A DNA stretch of 64,000 nt from Gordius albopunctatus (taxonomy: Eukaryota), in NCBI GenBank assembly GCA_964276515.1, contig OZ193909.1:20956001-21020000 (forward strand). Reading direction: 5' to 3'. The notes below the pieces were generated by a model that was not told the DNA's origin, did no database searches, and saw only the letters and a program-made list of their open reading frames with translations. A program made the position numbers and the translations under genes. The first letter of the stretch is position 1, and each line of letters starts with the position of its first letter. Positions 1-13,480 of this stretch are shown in pieces.

Positions 1-385
1 TGATTGCCAATCATATTCATAATCACCGTCCCTATTTATTATTTGGCTCTCTTGAATTGCACTGTTAAACTTTTCTTCCAAAACATTTGGATTAATCTTT
101 TGATTGATATTATCATTTACTGTAACAATATCGATCTCGCTTTAGAGAGATATAATAATGCGTTATTAAATACTTACGTATCATTCAATTTATATATTTT
201 TGTAAAACTATCCAAGAATAAAAATTGTGTTGGAATTGAAATATAATTTCCGGGAATATACGTTTTATCCTCAAGCACATATGAATGATCATCAAAAATT
301 ATATTTTTTCGCGATGATACATCTAAAAGTATTCCTACGGTTTTTATTAATTCTTGGGTAAATTCCATGAAGGAGTCAATATGGT
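1..385 (-). CDS. Partial multi-exon gene of unknown function, running off the window start
   Basis: ORF 174-368 continues in frame after a GTAAGT..AG 38-nt intron (177-140) into an open exon reaching position 1; no recognisable domain. Confidence 0.4.
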
Positions 386-1189
386 ACTATAGTTAAAACA
401 ATTATTTAATTAGTCGATCTCATTCATGATTGGTCTAGACTCAATAAATTTTCTTAGTGAAAGAGTTAGTGAGACAAAAATTAAAGAAAAGCTTAATCAA
501 GCTTACGAAGTCTCCTTACTCTCATGATCTAATTTGCTGATGTATATGTTGCAATAATTATCATTCTTAATTTTATATTACCATGGAACACCTTTGCTGT
601 TAAAGGTCTGAACTTTGTACTTTATACTCCAAGTGATATAAAATGGGGTAGAAAGATATATCCAGGCGCTCACTCAAATTTTTTCAAGGGGGGGGGGGCT
701 TTCAAATTTTTGTTTTTATTTTTTTTAAATCATAAGAGGGATGAGAGGGGTCAGGCCGGCCACTGTCGTAAAATAATATTTTCTAGCAAACAAACGGGTT
801 ACCATATATGCTCTAAAATTTGAGGACTTAATTATAATACAACCATAAATAGCAATTTAAATTGGGGTCATCATGACCCCTTTAATATTTATTAATCGTT
901 TTAGCATTTGACCTGATCAATTAGTTATTATATTAGCCACTTAGCAGCCAGGACTTATTTTATTTTGATAATTAATAAGTTATATCGTTCTAAATTCCAT
1001 TTTTAGGATAATTATATATGTGTAGCCAGAGGAAGGCAGGAAGGGCGGCAGTAGCGTACGAAAGGGCCCCCCCCTTGGACAAAAAAATTCAATTTTTTTT
1101 CAAATTATACGGAAAAATTCAATGATATTAATAGGAGCCTTGTTAGTGTAGGCATATAAAAAATAATTAATAATCTTAATTAATTTAAG

Positions 1190-2450
1190 CACAAATATTC
1201 CCATTTAATAAAAACATAAAATTCAAGTTAGAACTTTTTGGATCCTGCATTTTTAATCTTTTGTCTTATACTTTATAAAAAAATTTATGTGATTAATTTA
1301 ACTTGCAGTAATCTTTAGGGCAAATAGTCCTGGTAATATTTTTGTTTAAATCTATTTTATGTAAATTTTTTATATCCCAAATTTTAACCTTATACACAGG
1401 CCGGATCCGAGCCCGACTTTTTTGAAATGTAAATTAAAAAAATATATTTAGAATAGCCATCCCCACCTTTCATTTAACCTAAAAACATTTTATCTCCTCT
1501 GTCGAGATTATAAAGTAAGTAAGTAAGTAAGTAAGTTTGCCGCGAAGACGCCCAAGAGCTTAGTTAGTGCAATCTAAGGTTGAGCCCCTTCTAACGCTAA
1601 ATGGCGCATCAGGCCACGTTAGTGATAACGTGTGAAAGGATTATTACACAAATCTTAATCTAGCATTATGTGACAAAATGCGATATTTTAACTAGCGATA
1701 CAAGTAACATTCACCCCTCTTTTTATTTTTTTAACGCCTTGAGAAAAACGAGGTTTTTATCTTAAGATCTCCAATAGGCAGTTCAGAATCCCTAAAAAGT
1801 TATCTCGACAATCTCCTTAAAAATTTAAAATGTAAACACTGAAATTTTTAAGCTTATGCCCGCCCATCACGCATTTTACATAGTGAAAAACTACTTTAAT
1901 ATAGACAAAATATTATTTTTCTTCCGATCCTTTGCACACACATATTTTACATAATTTCAAAACCCACAAAAATCTGTCCTTGAATTTACCCTCAACTTAT
2001 CATTCGATACTAACACCTGGCTACAAGCCACATTACCAACAAAATCTGGGTGTCTGGGAATTCGTTCACCAAGCTCCTTATCATTGGCCTCATTTATATC
2101 CTCCCACTTATCCTAAAAATATATCGTTCCTAAACTATTCTCATACTCCCTCGATGAAACATTTATACAGGCCCTCTCCCTTTGGAATTTAAATGTTCTA
2201 TCAGAAAGCTCACCACCACAAGCACTAAATCAAAATTATGTTTGTGTAACATTTTATTTAATTCATTGAGGAAACTATTATTAAGACTTCGGTGGAAAGG
2301 TATGGATAGATAATGGTTTATTTTAGATTTCGTTATTGTGGAAAGATTCGGTTCGGTACTGATATTAATTTGTTTTTAATGTTTGTCAGCAGGTCAAGTT
2401 GTGTTATCTTGTCAACTTCAACAATCCTATCACATTCTTAAGAGCAATGA
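1190..2450 (+). repeat. Local duplicated segment (second copy ~8979-9972) containing a decayed CRE-clade RT fragment
   Basis: Near-identical sequence from cacaaatattccc to ttaagagcaatga at both loci; internal translation (LMPAHHAFYIVKNYF, WLQATLPTKSGCLGIRSP) matches the CRE element at ~51.8-52.1 kb. Confidence 0.85.
1516..1634 (-). mobile_element. Short retroposon 3' fragment with (CTTA)n tail
   Basis: Absent from the paralogous segment at ~9300; tandem TAAG tail; flanked by AAAG on both sides. Confidence 0.6.
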
Positions 2451-3380
2451 GATATTGCTCTTTTAATCGTTGGCCAACCTTTGTCTATAAATCTTTTTAA
2501 AATTCTTAGACTCGGATCATTTTGTGATTCCCTTTAAGAGTTTCTTCTGTGAGATGTAGATCTTGCAAATTAAGGAGACGAATATGATTAGTTGAATTAC
2601 TTTGATAAAAGTTGACCTTATCCGCATAAGTCACCGGCACTGGTAAGCGTGATAATGCCTCAGCACATATATTCTCTTTGCCAGGAATGTATTCAATATA
2701 ATAGTCATAAGCGGACATCTTCCATGCCCACCTAACTAGCCAATTATTGCTTACCTTAGGTAAATCTCGTGTGGCTCCAAATATTCTTTCAAGAGGTTTG
2801 TGTTCGGTCCTTATGACAAATCTACGGCCTAGTACGTATGTATGAAAGTTTTCTATACCAAAAACCAAGGCCTTGGCTTCTCTGTCAATCGGTGCATATT
2901 GTTTCTCTCCATCAATTAGTGTTTTTGACGCATATGCGATACGTCTTTTACTATTTTCTATTAAATGAAAAAGTACAGCTTGTAGTAAGGTACTAAGGTC
3001 GACTGTTCTGATAGCAAAGCTTTGACCCTCTGAAAAACTGACTCCTCCGTTTGAGAACAAACCCATTTGGCTTTGACGCTCGTCAATTCGTGTAATGAAG
3101 CCATTATACCATGTAAATGTCGAATAAATTTCTCCTGGTAGTTGATTAAGCCTAAAACGGTCGCAATTCCTTTACATTTTTTGGAGATGGGCTCTATTTA
3201 ATAGCTCGTACTTTATCAGTAGAAGGGTGAATACCATTACTATCAAACTATGCATCAGAAAAGTAATAGATTCTTTCGAAAATTCGACTTTAGAGAATTG
3301 CGCCTTCATACCCACCGATTGCAATTTATTTAGCACTTTTCTTACATTGTATACATGATCCTGGTAGTTTTTGCCGGTTC
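2445..3380 (-). mobile_element. Decayed Gypsy/Ty3 pol fragment (RT end and RNase H)
   Basis: IAYASKTL..EKQY..IDREA.A..FG...FHTY..GRRF...TEHKPL and NICAEALSRLP motifs; upstream frameshifts. Confidence 0.9.
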
Positions 3381-3808
3381 ATTTTTAAACATACTTCAAA
3401 ATCTAATTTCTATTTATTATGTTTATCAAATTTTATTATTATTAAAATTTTCAATATAATTAAATCCATATTAATATTTGTTCATTAATTATTCATAGAA
3501 TAATTCCTAGATTTTTTATAATTTAATAAGGGGATCGTAAAAAATTAACAAAATAGGTATATTTAGTTATATAAAATTAACTTTGAATAAAGTTTCAAAT
3601 CTCATAAATGGTTTTATGCAGCTATATAAATAAATGATTGATTTAGTATTGACATAAAATGTTTAAAAAGTCACAGAATATATTAGAACTTTTTTAAGAA
3701 GTGTGTAGGCTGGGCCCGTTTGCAAAGTATCAGAGGGGCGAACTCGGGCTTATAATTTCATTTTAAAGTTTTAGAGGCGGGACAATTTTTGGCCCTTATG
3801 GGCAAATT

Positions 3809-5232
3809 TAGTGTTGCGATCTCGTCTCGGTCTCGAAAGAAAAATCTCGTCTCGGGTTAGAAAAATCTCGATCTCGTCTTGACTCGACAAGAATTCTCGT
3901 CTCGTCTCGACTTTTAAAAATAATTATATCAAATATTTTTTTCTGACTCTCATAAATTATAATTATATAAGATATAGATGGGTCATAATGGAACAAAATA
4001 TTTATCTCAAACCCCAAGACACAAGCTAGATGGGTATCTTAAGGTAGGAAACATTATTAGATGTGTTATATACTACTTGCCTCGAAGGTATAAAGTTGCT
4101 AAACAATAACTTTTATTTCCTGGCTAAGCTCAATAAAAGGATAAAGTTAAATAATATCATAATATTTTAACATCATGAATTTATTGAGATCTTATTTAAT
4201 AACGTTAAAATAATGACAAAAATGAGAGAGTAAACTTTTGAAGATATCATCTTATATATAAAAATGAAACTATGTGTGTGTGTGTGTATATATATGCCGC
4301 CCAATTTTGGAAAACTACCAGACCCATTTGGCTCAAAATTTTACAGTTTATTTCTGACACTCCGGAGCAGGTTTTAAGATTTTTTCGAGCCAAATAGGTC
4401 CTGTAGTTTTCGAGTATTCGTACGCGTTGCACTGTATACGGGAATAGAACAATAGAAGTAGAACATATAGACATCAAACTTTATTTTTACTTCAATAACC
4501 GCTTTATCATCACATATGCCCTAAAATTCCAACATAATTTAATACACCCGGGAAAATGGCAAAACAACTTTTGTCGGGTTCATCTAGTTATTTATAACAA
4601 GTAATTATCTGAACATTGTAAATACAATAAAATAGGCATTTTTGTCGGAAGAACATAAAAGTTTTAAGATCTTACTTTAATTGCACACATATAACTTAAA
4701 ATATAAAATTTTCTTTAAAGCACAATTTACACTTCCCATTTTATTAGATTCATCCTTGGATACTGTGAAATGTTAGAGCAGCTTACTCTTTTTTGTGTTG
4801 GATCATGAACTTGTTGCGCATAAACTCATTATAGGTCTAAATAATTTTATATTATATAAGCTATACAAATAAGTAACAAATACTAAATTAATACTCAAAT
4901 ATCCTAAGAGCACTAACACTATGTTGTCTATTAAGATTATATTACAAATTTGAAATTTGCGCGAAGCGGATAATTAGGTGCGCAAGTAATGTACTATCAA
5001 AAGTTTCAAAATAATATTAATTTGCATTTAATACCCTAAATTTAAATCCCATAAAATAAAAATTCTTAATTAGCTAAATTATAAGACTTAATAGATAAAA
5101 ATTAAAGTCGAGATCTCGCCGATAAAATCTCGTCTCGATCTCGACTCAATTTTTCAAAATCTCGTCACATCTCGTCGCGAAAAACCGAGACGAGACGAGA
5201 CCGAGATTTTTCTCGGTTTTTCCGCATCACTA
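3809..5232. mobile_element. Non-autonomous hAT-type element
   Basis: Termini TAGTGTTGCG / CGCATCACTA; perfect 8-bp TSD GGCAAATT (3801-3808, 5233-5240); clustered subterminal TCTCG/CGAGA motifs. Confidence 0.85.
4250..4587 (+). mobile_element. Non-autonomous Helitron without cargo, nested in the hAT element
   Basis: 5' TC, 3' CTAG, inserted between A and T without TSD; (GT)n near the 5' end; subterminal hairpin; a second copy at 26882-30514. Confidence 0.8.
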
Positions 5233-5922
5233 GGCAAATTATGCCTAAAAGACCCGGTGTTTAGTTTAAACAATGGCCCTAATTAGAACAAACAGACAAA
5301 TTGGAAGGAGCTATTTGCAATTTGCGTCGCTGAAGATATTATTAATGCACTTTTTACTAAAAACCAATCATATATACTGGAAAAAATAACCCCCGTTGGG
5401 AGCTTCGCCCCAGTCCCCCTTTGGGGGCTTCGCCCCAGACCCCCATCTCCTAGGCCCGTTAAATTTTTGTTTAATAGTATTATCTAACAAATTTGTTTGG
5501 AAACCCCCCTTGAGCCATCCTGGCTTCGCCTATGTGTCGAATTGTTTTTCAACTTTTTTCCCCTCTAACAGAGTATAATTTATTTGAACTATATTTAAAT
5601 TTTTTTATAATAAATTGAGGATATTGACTTTTGTACTGGTTGAGATGTTGCTGCGTAGAACGTAAAGATCTGCCAGATATTATTTCAAAATGTTCAAAAA
5701 AAACTTCTATTGAGAATAATTGTGCTTACCATTTAATAAAAACGAAAATAGCCTTTAGCGGTTAAAATGAAACCAAGTGGCGATTTATTTGCAAACAAAG
5801 ATATCATAGTACCGAACATTTGTTGAACGGAAAATGGTAAATATAAGGAACGCATTTTTGTAGATGTTTGCGCTTACTCAAATAAATGGTAAGTCTAGCC
5901 ATTGCTTAATACTTACATACAC

Positions 5923-7265
5923 ATGCAAAAACTTACGGAAGATAATTGGAAAGACGAATTAGAAAAACATCCATTCTTTAGAACTAAACCTTTAAAAGAA
6001 GATGAAAAACTTCCTGAACTATTTGAGGCTTTACAAGTTAGATTATAGACACGGTTATTCAATATTTAAAGGCTATAAAATATGAGGATGAAGAGGCAAC
6101 TTTAGTTGAAAGAGCCTTAGCTTATAAAGAAGATGGCAATTATCATTTCAAGAACAAAAATTATGATGCATCCATTAAAGCCTTTACAAAAGGTATTGAC
6201 CTAAAGTGTGATGACGATAAAATTACTTCTGTGCTATATTCAAATCGTGCCACTGCTCATTATAATCTAAGTGATATTAACATTTTACATATTTTATAAA
6301 TCAATATCTAGAAAATTTTAGATCCTGCCTTCTTGATTCAAAATCAGCATTAAATAAAGATCCTGCAAATTTCAAGGCCATCACAAAATGTGTTTTAGCC
6401 TGTCTCGAACTAAAATATTATGAAGAAGCCAAACTGTAATCAATGTTATATAATTTAACTCATTTATTCAAGCTTTTGCAGTAAAGGACTTAATTCAAGT
6501 AATATTCAGGATAAAGAGTTTTATGAATCAAAGCTTATTATTATTGAGGATAAATTATTAAAAATAAAAGAAATGAATGAAGTTAAAGAGAAGGAAAGAC
6601 GTAATAGAATATTTCTTAAAAAAAGCTTGCAATCTGCTTTTAAACAAAGAAACATAAAGTTAATGATGGGTGAGCTGAATGAGTCCTATTTAGATATAGA
6701 AGATGAAATAAATAAAGATAATGCTCTTTGGGATGCATTTATTAAAGCAGAAAATCCTTTTATGGCATCACCTCTGTCTATTTTAAATAATATCTCTCTT
6801 GAAACTATGCATGCTCACAAGGAAAAACAAAGTTACCTTTATTTAGAAGATAACTTAAACGCACACACTAATCATCAAGGCATTTTACATTGGGCTGTTT
6901 TATTTATGTATCCACAACATCAGCAAACAGATCTTATATCTGATTTTAGTGAAGAAGAAACTTTTGAAAGTCATATTAAACAAATGTTCCCTGAACAACA
7001 TGATTTGAATATGAATAGCCATCCTGATTGGAATTTAGAGAAGCAATATAATTTTAACTCAATAAATATATACTGGGAAGATAAATATAATAAAAAGTTG
7101 GTTAAAATTGATAAGCATAAAACATTACAGAATGCACTTTATCCTAATACACCTAACAAGCCTTCAATTTTTATTCAAGTCCCAATGTTAACCTTTATCA
7201 TTTTATTACGTGATTCAACATTTACAACTACCTATCTTAAAAAATATGATATCTTTAATAAATAG
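5923..7265 (+). CDS. TTC4: Tetratricopeptide repeat protein 4 (Cns1/Dpit47-like co-chaperone), at least 4 exons
   Basis: Spliced translation WKDELEKHPFF..EALQAIKYE..ALAYKEDGNYHFK..LYSNRATAHYNLKNFRSCL; C-terminal LHWAVLFMYP..QTDLISDFSE; GT-AG introns 6037-6071, 6271-6311, 6436-6472; start codon uncertain. Confidence 0.85.
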
Positions 7266-8523
7266 CATATTATTGCCTAATCTTATAAAAGTGATTATCT
7301 TGAAAGGAAAAAAATTCCTAAATTATTTTTAATGTCTTTGACAAATAATGAATATTTCATTTAAATAAGATATAAAATGATGACTCACATATAAAAATTA
7401 CTAATTTAGCAATATGTGATCTTTGGTTTTCAATATATTAGTATCCATGACCCTCAGACATAGTTATACAAAAAAAGAATAAAAATTTACCTGACTAAAA
7501 GTTTTATTTTTAGACTACTCATTAAAGTATAATTTTGTTGGAGTCAGCGGCATAGTCATACTTTTCTCAAGGGAGGAGGTGCAATATAACAAGGAGATAG
7601 GAGAAAATCCGGCTCGTTTAGCCTAAGGGCCGTGTCAGCCACTTGTTCAATACGTTTTTTGGGGGGGGGGGCCTAACAAACCCCGAGCAATTGGGGCCTT
7701 TTAAGGTTTTTTAATTAATGTTTTATATTGTTTTTTTTGTATTAATTGCTATGAAATTTGTGGGTTATTTTGTCACCTTTAAATTTGATTTTATATTAAT
7801 TGTGTTTCTTATCTAAAAAACGAGAATTAAATTTTATAAATTTTCGAAAATATAACCAAATTAGTGCTAAAAATTTAAAAAATGATCATTTCGGGCCAGG
7901 AAGTTTGGACAGCTTAAATAATTCAGACATGGCCCGGCAGATGAGCGAGCAATTTAGTTATAAGATCGGACCGGGTTTAGGCATAAAATTTTAATAAATT
8001 TGACCTTTAAAAAGATATAAAATTGTATAAAAATATAAAAAAGAGTCATTAAGATAAGTTTATTTTTTGCCCCAACGACTTTCCATCTACAATTCGCGTT
8101 AGGTGGAAAAATTTTCAACGAATTTTTTACAACCCTAGTTCTAACACGTTTGGTAAACATTCAGTAGCCTAGTTACTAAAACAAAGACTTGTTATTCTTA
8201 TTATATTAGCCAAACAACACCAATAAAATCGGGCGCGAATTCTGCGCCAATTTCGGAATATCGTCTCGATATTTCTATACTAGAATAATTTATTAAGATT
8301 ATCTTATGTAGTATCTTGTTTAATATATTTTATGCTTGATTTCCTCTAATCGGATCCTATTCCAATTTGTTTTGAAGATGCCCGATAATAAATTTATTTT
8401 TTTTGTGGTTAAAATGTTTATTTTCATGAAACAAAATTACATAAATTCATCTTTCCTATGAGTTTAGTTTTTTATTTATATCATCGTCACCTTTAGGTTT
8501 TGCTACGTTTAAAGGTTGAAATC

Positions 8524-8675
8524 CATGGGCGACCAGGGGAAGGCATGTGCCCCCCTATAAATCCAAAAATTCTTTAAAATTATGGCGAAATTTTCAAAAT
8601 ATGATCTTTTTGGCCCTTCCTAAATCATTATTGCCCCCCCCCCCCCATTTAATTCCAGTTTTGGCCACGCCCGTG
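8524..8675. mobile_element. hAT-type MITE, CATGGGCG family
   Basis: CATGGGCG..CGCCCGTG termini, degenerate 8-bp TSD, body shared with copies at 11644, 32652, 33986 and 36812. Confidence 0.65.
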
Positions 8676-9269
8676 TCGATATCAATTAAGATTACCAAAT
8701 TGATTCATTCGAAAAGGCTAATAAAATAACAGTTAAAACCTTACTAAATTTATACCAAATATTGTTCCTAATGAAACAGCTCTAATTTACAAATATTGGC
8801 CTGCAGTAATAACATATATAACTTTTGTAAAGAATAAGTAAATTAAATTAATTATTATGGATATATGTACAGTAAATTTTAATATCTGGTCCTAACGATG
8901 GATAAAAAAATCTTTCCCAAAATTATTTTTAATTAACTATACATTTAAAAATATTAAAATTGAGATTTACCTCCAACCACAAATATTCCCATTTAATAAA
9001 AAAGATAAAATTCCGGTTATAACTTTTTGGATCCCGTATTTTTAATCTTTGGTGTTATACTTTATAAAAAATTTTATGTGATTAATTTAACTTGCAGTAA
9101 TCTTTAGGGCAAATAGTCCTGGTAATATTTTTGTTTAAATCTATTTTATGTAATTTTTTTATATCCCAAATTTTAACCTTTATACTCAGGCCGGATCCGA
9201 GCCCGACTTTTTTGAAATGTAAAATTAAAAAAAATTATTTAGAATACCCACCCCCACCTTTCATTTAAC

Positions 9270-10900
9270 CTAAAAATATTTTTTCTCCTCTGTCGAGATT
9301 ATAAAGGATTATTACACAAATCCTAATCTAGCATTAAATGTTACAAAATGCGAAAATTTACTAGCGATATTTAAAATGTAAAAATGAAATTTTTAAGCTT
9401 ATGCCCGCCCATCACGCATTTTACATAGTGAAAAACTACTTTAATATAGGCAAAATATTATTTTGCTTCCGATCCTTTGCACACACATATTTTACATAAT
9501 TTCCAAACCCACATAAAATCTGTCATCGAATCCACCCTCGACTTATCAAGCCACATTACCAAAAAAATCAGGGGGTCTGGGAATTCGTTCACCAAGCTCC
9601 TTATCATTGGCCTCATTTATATCCTCCCACTTATCCTAAAAATATATCGTTGCTAAACTATTCTCATACTCCCTCGATGAAACATTTATACAGGCCCTCT
9701 CCCTTTGGAATTTAAATGTTCTATCAGAAAGCTCACCACCACAAGCACTAAATCAAAATTATGTTTGTGTAACATTTTATTTAATTCATTGAGGAAACTA
9801 TTATTAAGACTTCGGTGGAAAGGTATGGATAGATAATGGTTTATTTTAGATTTCGTTATTGTGGAAAGATTCGGTTCGGTACTGATATTAATTTGTTTTT
9901 AATGTTTGTCAACAGGTCAAGTTGTGTTATCTTGTCAACTTCAACAATCCTATCACATTCTTAAGAGCAATGAAACTAATCCGATACTCCCTCGATGAAA
10001 CATTTACACAGGATGTTCTAACAGAAAGGTCACCACCACAAACACCGAATCAAAAGGATTGGGGGATGCATGTTTGGTTTCGCGCTCCTTTGCTTATCTC
10101 CTTCCGAGCTACCACACCAAACAACATTACAACCTAAGATCTTTGGCGTTTGATAAATCTGGACATGGATGGCTAGAGACTTTTCCTAGCAAGCTCTCCA
10201 ATAGGATGTTAGAGGATTGCGAGCTATCCTACGATATAGCACTACGCCTTGGACTAAAATACACCAAGGCATATGCCTGTAAAAATTGCAATCTGCCAGT
10301 GGGTGAAGAAGCACGCCACCCGTTACACTGCACACTAAATAAATTTAGACACTTGCGACACTCTAAAATTAATTCCATTATCCAGTCAGTCATTAGAAAG
10401 GCCCAAATTCCATCCATACTTGAACCTTCAGATCCTGCCCTTGAAGGTCGAATGCGTCCTGACGGTTCCTCGCTAGTCCCATGGGAAAATGGTCTCCTTT
10501 TAAAGTGGGATTTTACATGCATAGACCTATTTGCCCCCTCTAATCTCAATTATGACCCCATGGCCCTCGTTGAAGAACGCAAGCTTCAAATATACAAGGC
10601 CCTTTTGGACTCTAGTAACTTTATCCCAATGGTTTCCTCCTGTTCAGGATCCTATGGAAAAATGGCTTTGGCTTTATCCAAAGAAATAGGCAGGCGATCC
10701 CCTCCCTCCAAATATTCCCCGCATTTTTATTGAAACAATAAATAGCTATCTTACAGGCAAAATTTAATTTCAAATCTTTTTTGGATTCCTGGCCTCTTCT
10801 AAATGAGGAAGATGAAGACATATTACTCATATGATGTTTTTTTGAATATAATTGTTATATAATTGTATCGTTTAATATTATGTTTAGATATATATGAATA
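9270..10900 (+). mobile_element. Decayed, rearranged CRE-clade non-LTR retrotransposon (RT end, CCHC finger, restriction-like endonuclease)
   Basis: ORF 10059-10733 has CKNC..HPLHC, RHSKIN, RMRPDG..WDFTC and is paralogous to ORFs at 19606 and 55990. Confidence 0.85.
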
Positions 10901-11294
10901 AACTAGCTTTATCTCTTAAAAAATAGCCTACTCAACAAAAGAATTAGTGAAAAGTTTAAAAAAATATTTTAGCTAGATTTTGCCTCGGGTTCGGGCCTCG
11001 GGCGGCTGGTACAGAGCTCTATCTATACCCTCTTTACGTACTAACTTCACCAAACGCTAATGGACCATTCATAAAAAGGGTGTAATGAAGCGATGTTAAC
11101 CATATAGATGTATATCTGAAAGAATAAATTTTATTGCATTATCATAAGCAGCGTTATAAACATAAAAATTATCAAAATTGACATTCAATAAATTTGTTAA
11201 CGAATTGACATCTAAGCTCTATAAACAATTTAATGCGTGCGTAAAAATTAGCATAACAGGCGACGGGGTTTATAATAATTAAAGTTAAAACTAT

Positions 11295-12455
11295 TTAATA
11301 ACGCCCGCCCCCTCGTCCTCTACCCCCATGGCTGCCACCCCCATAGCTGCCACCTCCATATCTGCCGAAACCTCTTTGATTTCGCCCACCATATCCGTAA
11401 CCTCTGCCCCAACGTTGCCCATCACTGTTTCTTTTTATTCTACTCGGAGAATTCGCCAGGCTAAGGTCTATATCTTGATTCTTAGCCGCGCCCAGGTTGA
11501 GTTGATGAACCATCAGGCATACCTTTAAATGGTAGTTAAATTAAATTTCATAACAAAGTTAATAATAACAATTTGTTAGATTTTTAGTGGTGAACTATGG
11601 TTTAATCAAGTTTTAAAATTTATGCTAAAAATTTGTTATTAGCCATGGGCGTAGCCGGGGGGGGGGGGTGCAAAGAGGGACTGCTGCCCCCCTCAATTCA
11701 AATTTTTTTGAAATTTATTACATTTAGAGCTAAAATATTAATAAATGTTCATTTTGGCCCTCCCTAAATTATTATTGCCCCCTCTAATTCCAATGCTGGC
11801 TCCATGCTATTAGCTGTTAAAGTTACTTTCGAAAAGAGGTAGACACTAGTGTGACGTATAAAAAGTTAATCAAACTAAAATTCACCATTTTTGAAAAATA
11901 AAGTAGAAATATTTAATTTTTTACGATTTTATTTAATATTTACTAACATTCATAATAATAATTGGATTGTAAATAATATTAGAATAATATCTTTAGTTAA
12001 CAATTTTGAATTTTTTAAAGTTTGTATGTAAAGATCATATATGGTGTTTTTTCTTTTCAGCTATTTGTAAAATAGGATTTATTTTTAATTAAGGTATTAT
12101 TTAAGTAATTCTTTTTGATACATGTATTATATTGCAATAAATTATGTTATCAAAAATTTAAATGATATTATAAACTCCTCCGAATTAAAGGTGTATAGAA
12201 GATGCAGATAAAGTTCAAGTAAAGTAACAGACTAATGTTTAGTAAACCACTTTCACTTTACAACAATATTAGCAATACAAGAAAGAAGGTTGGGTAATAA
12301 AAATACTTCAACAAATCTACTCAAAAAATAAATGAATGATTTGTTAAGCTAGATAGATTTAAAAAATAAATTTCATAGCTTTAAGGAGAGGATAAATGAG
12401 AGATACAGGTTAAACTTACGACCGTTATGAAGATCAAAGCAGAGAAGTATTTCAT
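11295..12455 (-). CDS. Secreted Gly/Arg/Tyr-rich prepropeptide (87 aa, 2 exons), candidate antimicrobial peptide
   Basis: Exon 1 12455-12420 (MKYFSALIFITV|GTAAGT) splices in frame to exon 2 11522-11295 (AAAG|VCLMVHQLNLGAA..RIKR NSDGQRWGRGYGYGG..); upstream TATAAAA ~12530; AATAAA ~11133. Confidence 0.75.
11644..11806. mobile_element. hAT-type MITE, CATGGGCG family, inside the peptide gene intron
   Basis: CATGGGCGTAGCC..GGCTCCATG termini; TSD TTATTAGC/CTATTAGC. Confidence 0.75.
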
Positions 12456-13159
12456 TTTTGTCTTTAGAGGTGCTAATTAATTGCGACTAAATTCAAGTGT
12501 GTAAAATAAATAAACTTGCGACACTTATTTTATATTATTTAAACAACCTTGGTTATGATATTTTGATGATTGTCTAGAGGTCGATAAATTTTATGGTCAT
12601 TGATCATTGTTTCAAACCTAAAGATCAAAAGACGTAGCCTTTTAAAGGTTATTTCATTTAAGCCTATAAATACATTTTACACGATTTTTTAACTTATTAA
12701 TGATTTATAATGATTTTAAACTTTGTTCGATGGTGTATTTTCGGTGCATCAAAACGTTAACAAATTATAAAGCTCGAATTACTTTAAGGTAATATACTAT
12801 ATTTCTTTACACGCTTGTGTGAATCCTATTGTTCAAGGTGATCTTTAAATTAGATGAAAATGCATGTCAACTAATTATTTCCATTAAGAACCTTTAAATA
12901 TAAAGTGTTTAAAGGGTCAGGTCAACTTGTGTTTTATAATGAATGTTTGTTATTGAAGAATATAAATTGTTAACTTTATGAGAGAAAAATAGTTTTAAGA
13001 TTTCTTATAATTATCCACTTAACACAAACTGCAATACTAAAGGTTAATAATATTTAAAATTATATATTTCAATTTATGTTTCAATCAATTGGGATTGAGT
13101 TGCATATAATTAAGTCAAGGACGAGATATTTTCATAAACACTCCGGTAATTTTAAACTT

Positions 13160-13480
13160 AAGACAAGATAGACTTCTTCTGTTGAATCTTCAATTACAAA
13201 AAACAAAAGACTGCACGCACTAATAGAGATTTTGCATATATAGGGTAAGGTTGCGTGATAGTGGAGGTGATTTGAATAAGACCGTGCTTGGTGCAGTCTA
13301 TAACATTTAGAATTTGAATATGACCGTGCAAGGTGCAGTCTATAAAATCTCCTATTTATTCCATATCTTTCTGTAGGTTTCCGGATTCGTGTTGATCGCC
13401 GGACCGCTATTTCGGTTGAGGGTATAGGTGATTGCGGGGAGTCCATAAGCTGGGGTCCGTGCATGGTGCAGTCTATAACA
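13160..13480 (-). mobile_element. Internally deleted Gypsy remnant (LTR start, pol 3' end, LTR), related to 39555-42050
   Basis: SPIPSTEIAVRRSTRIRKPTERYGI matches the integrase tail at ~39.85 kb; repeated LTR-start motif TGTTATAGACTGCACC; lower boundary uncertain. Confidence 0.75.
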
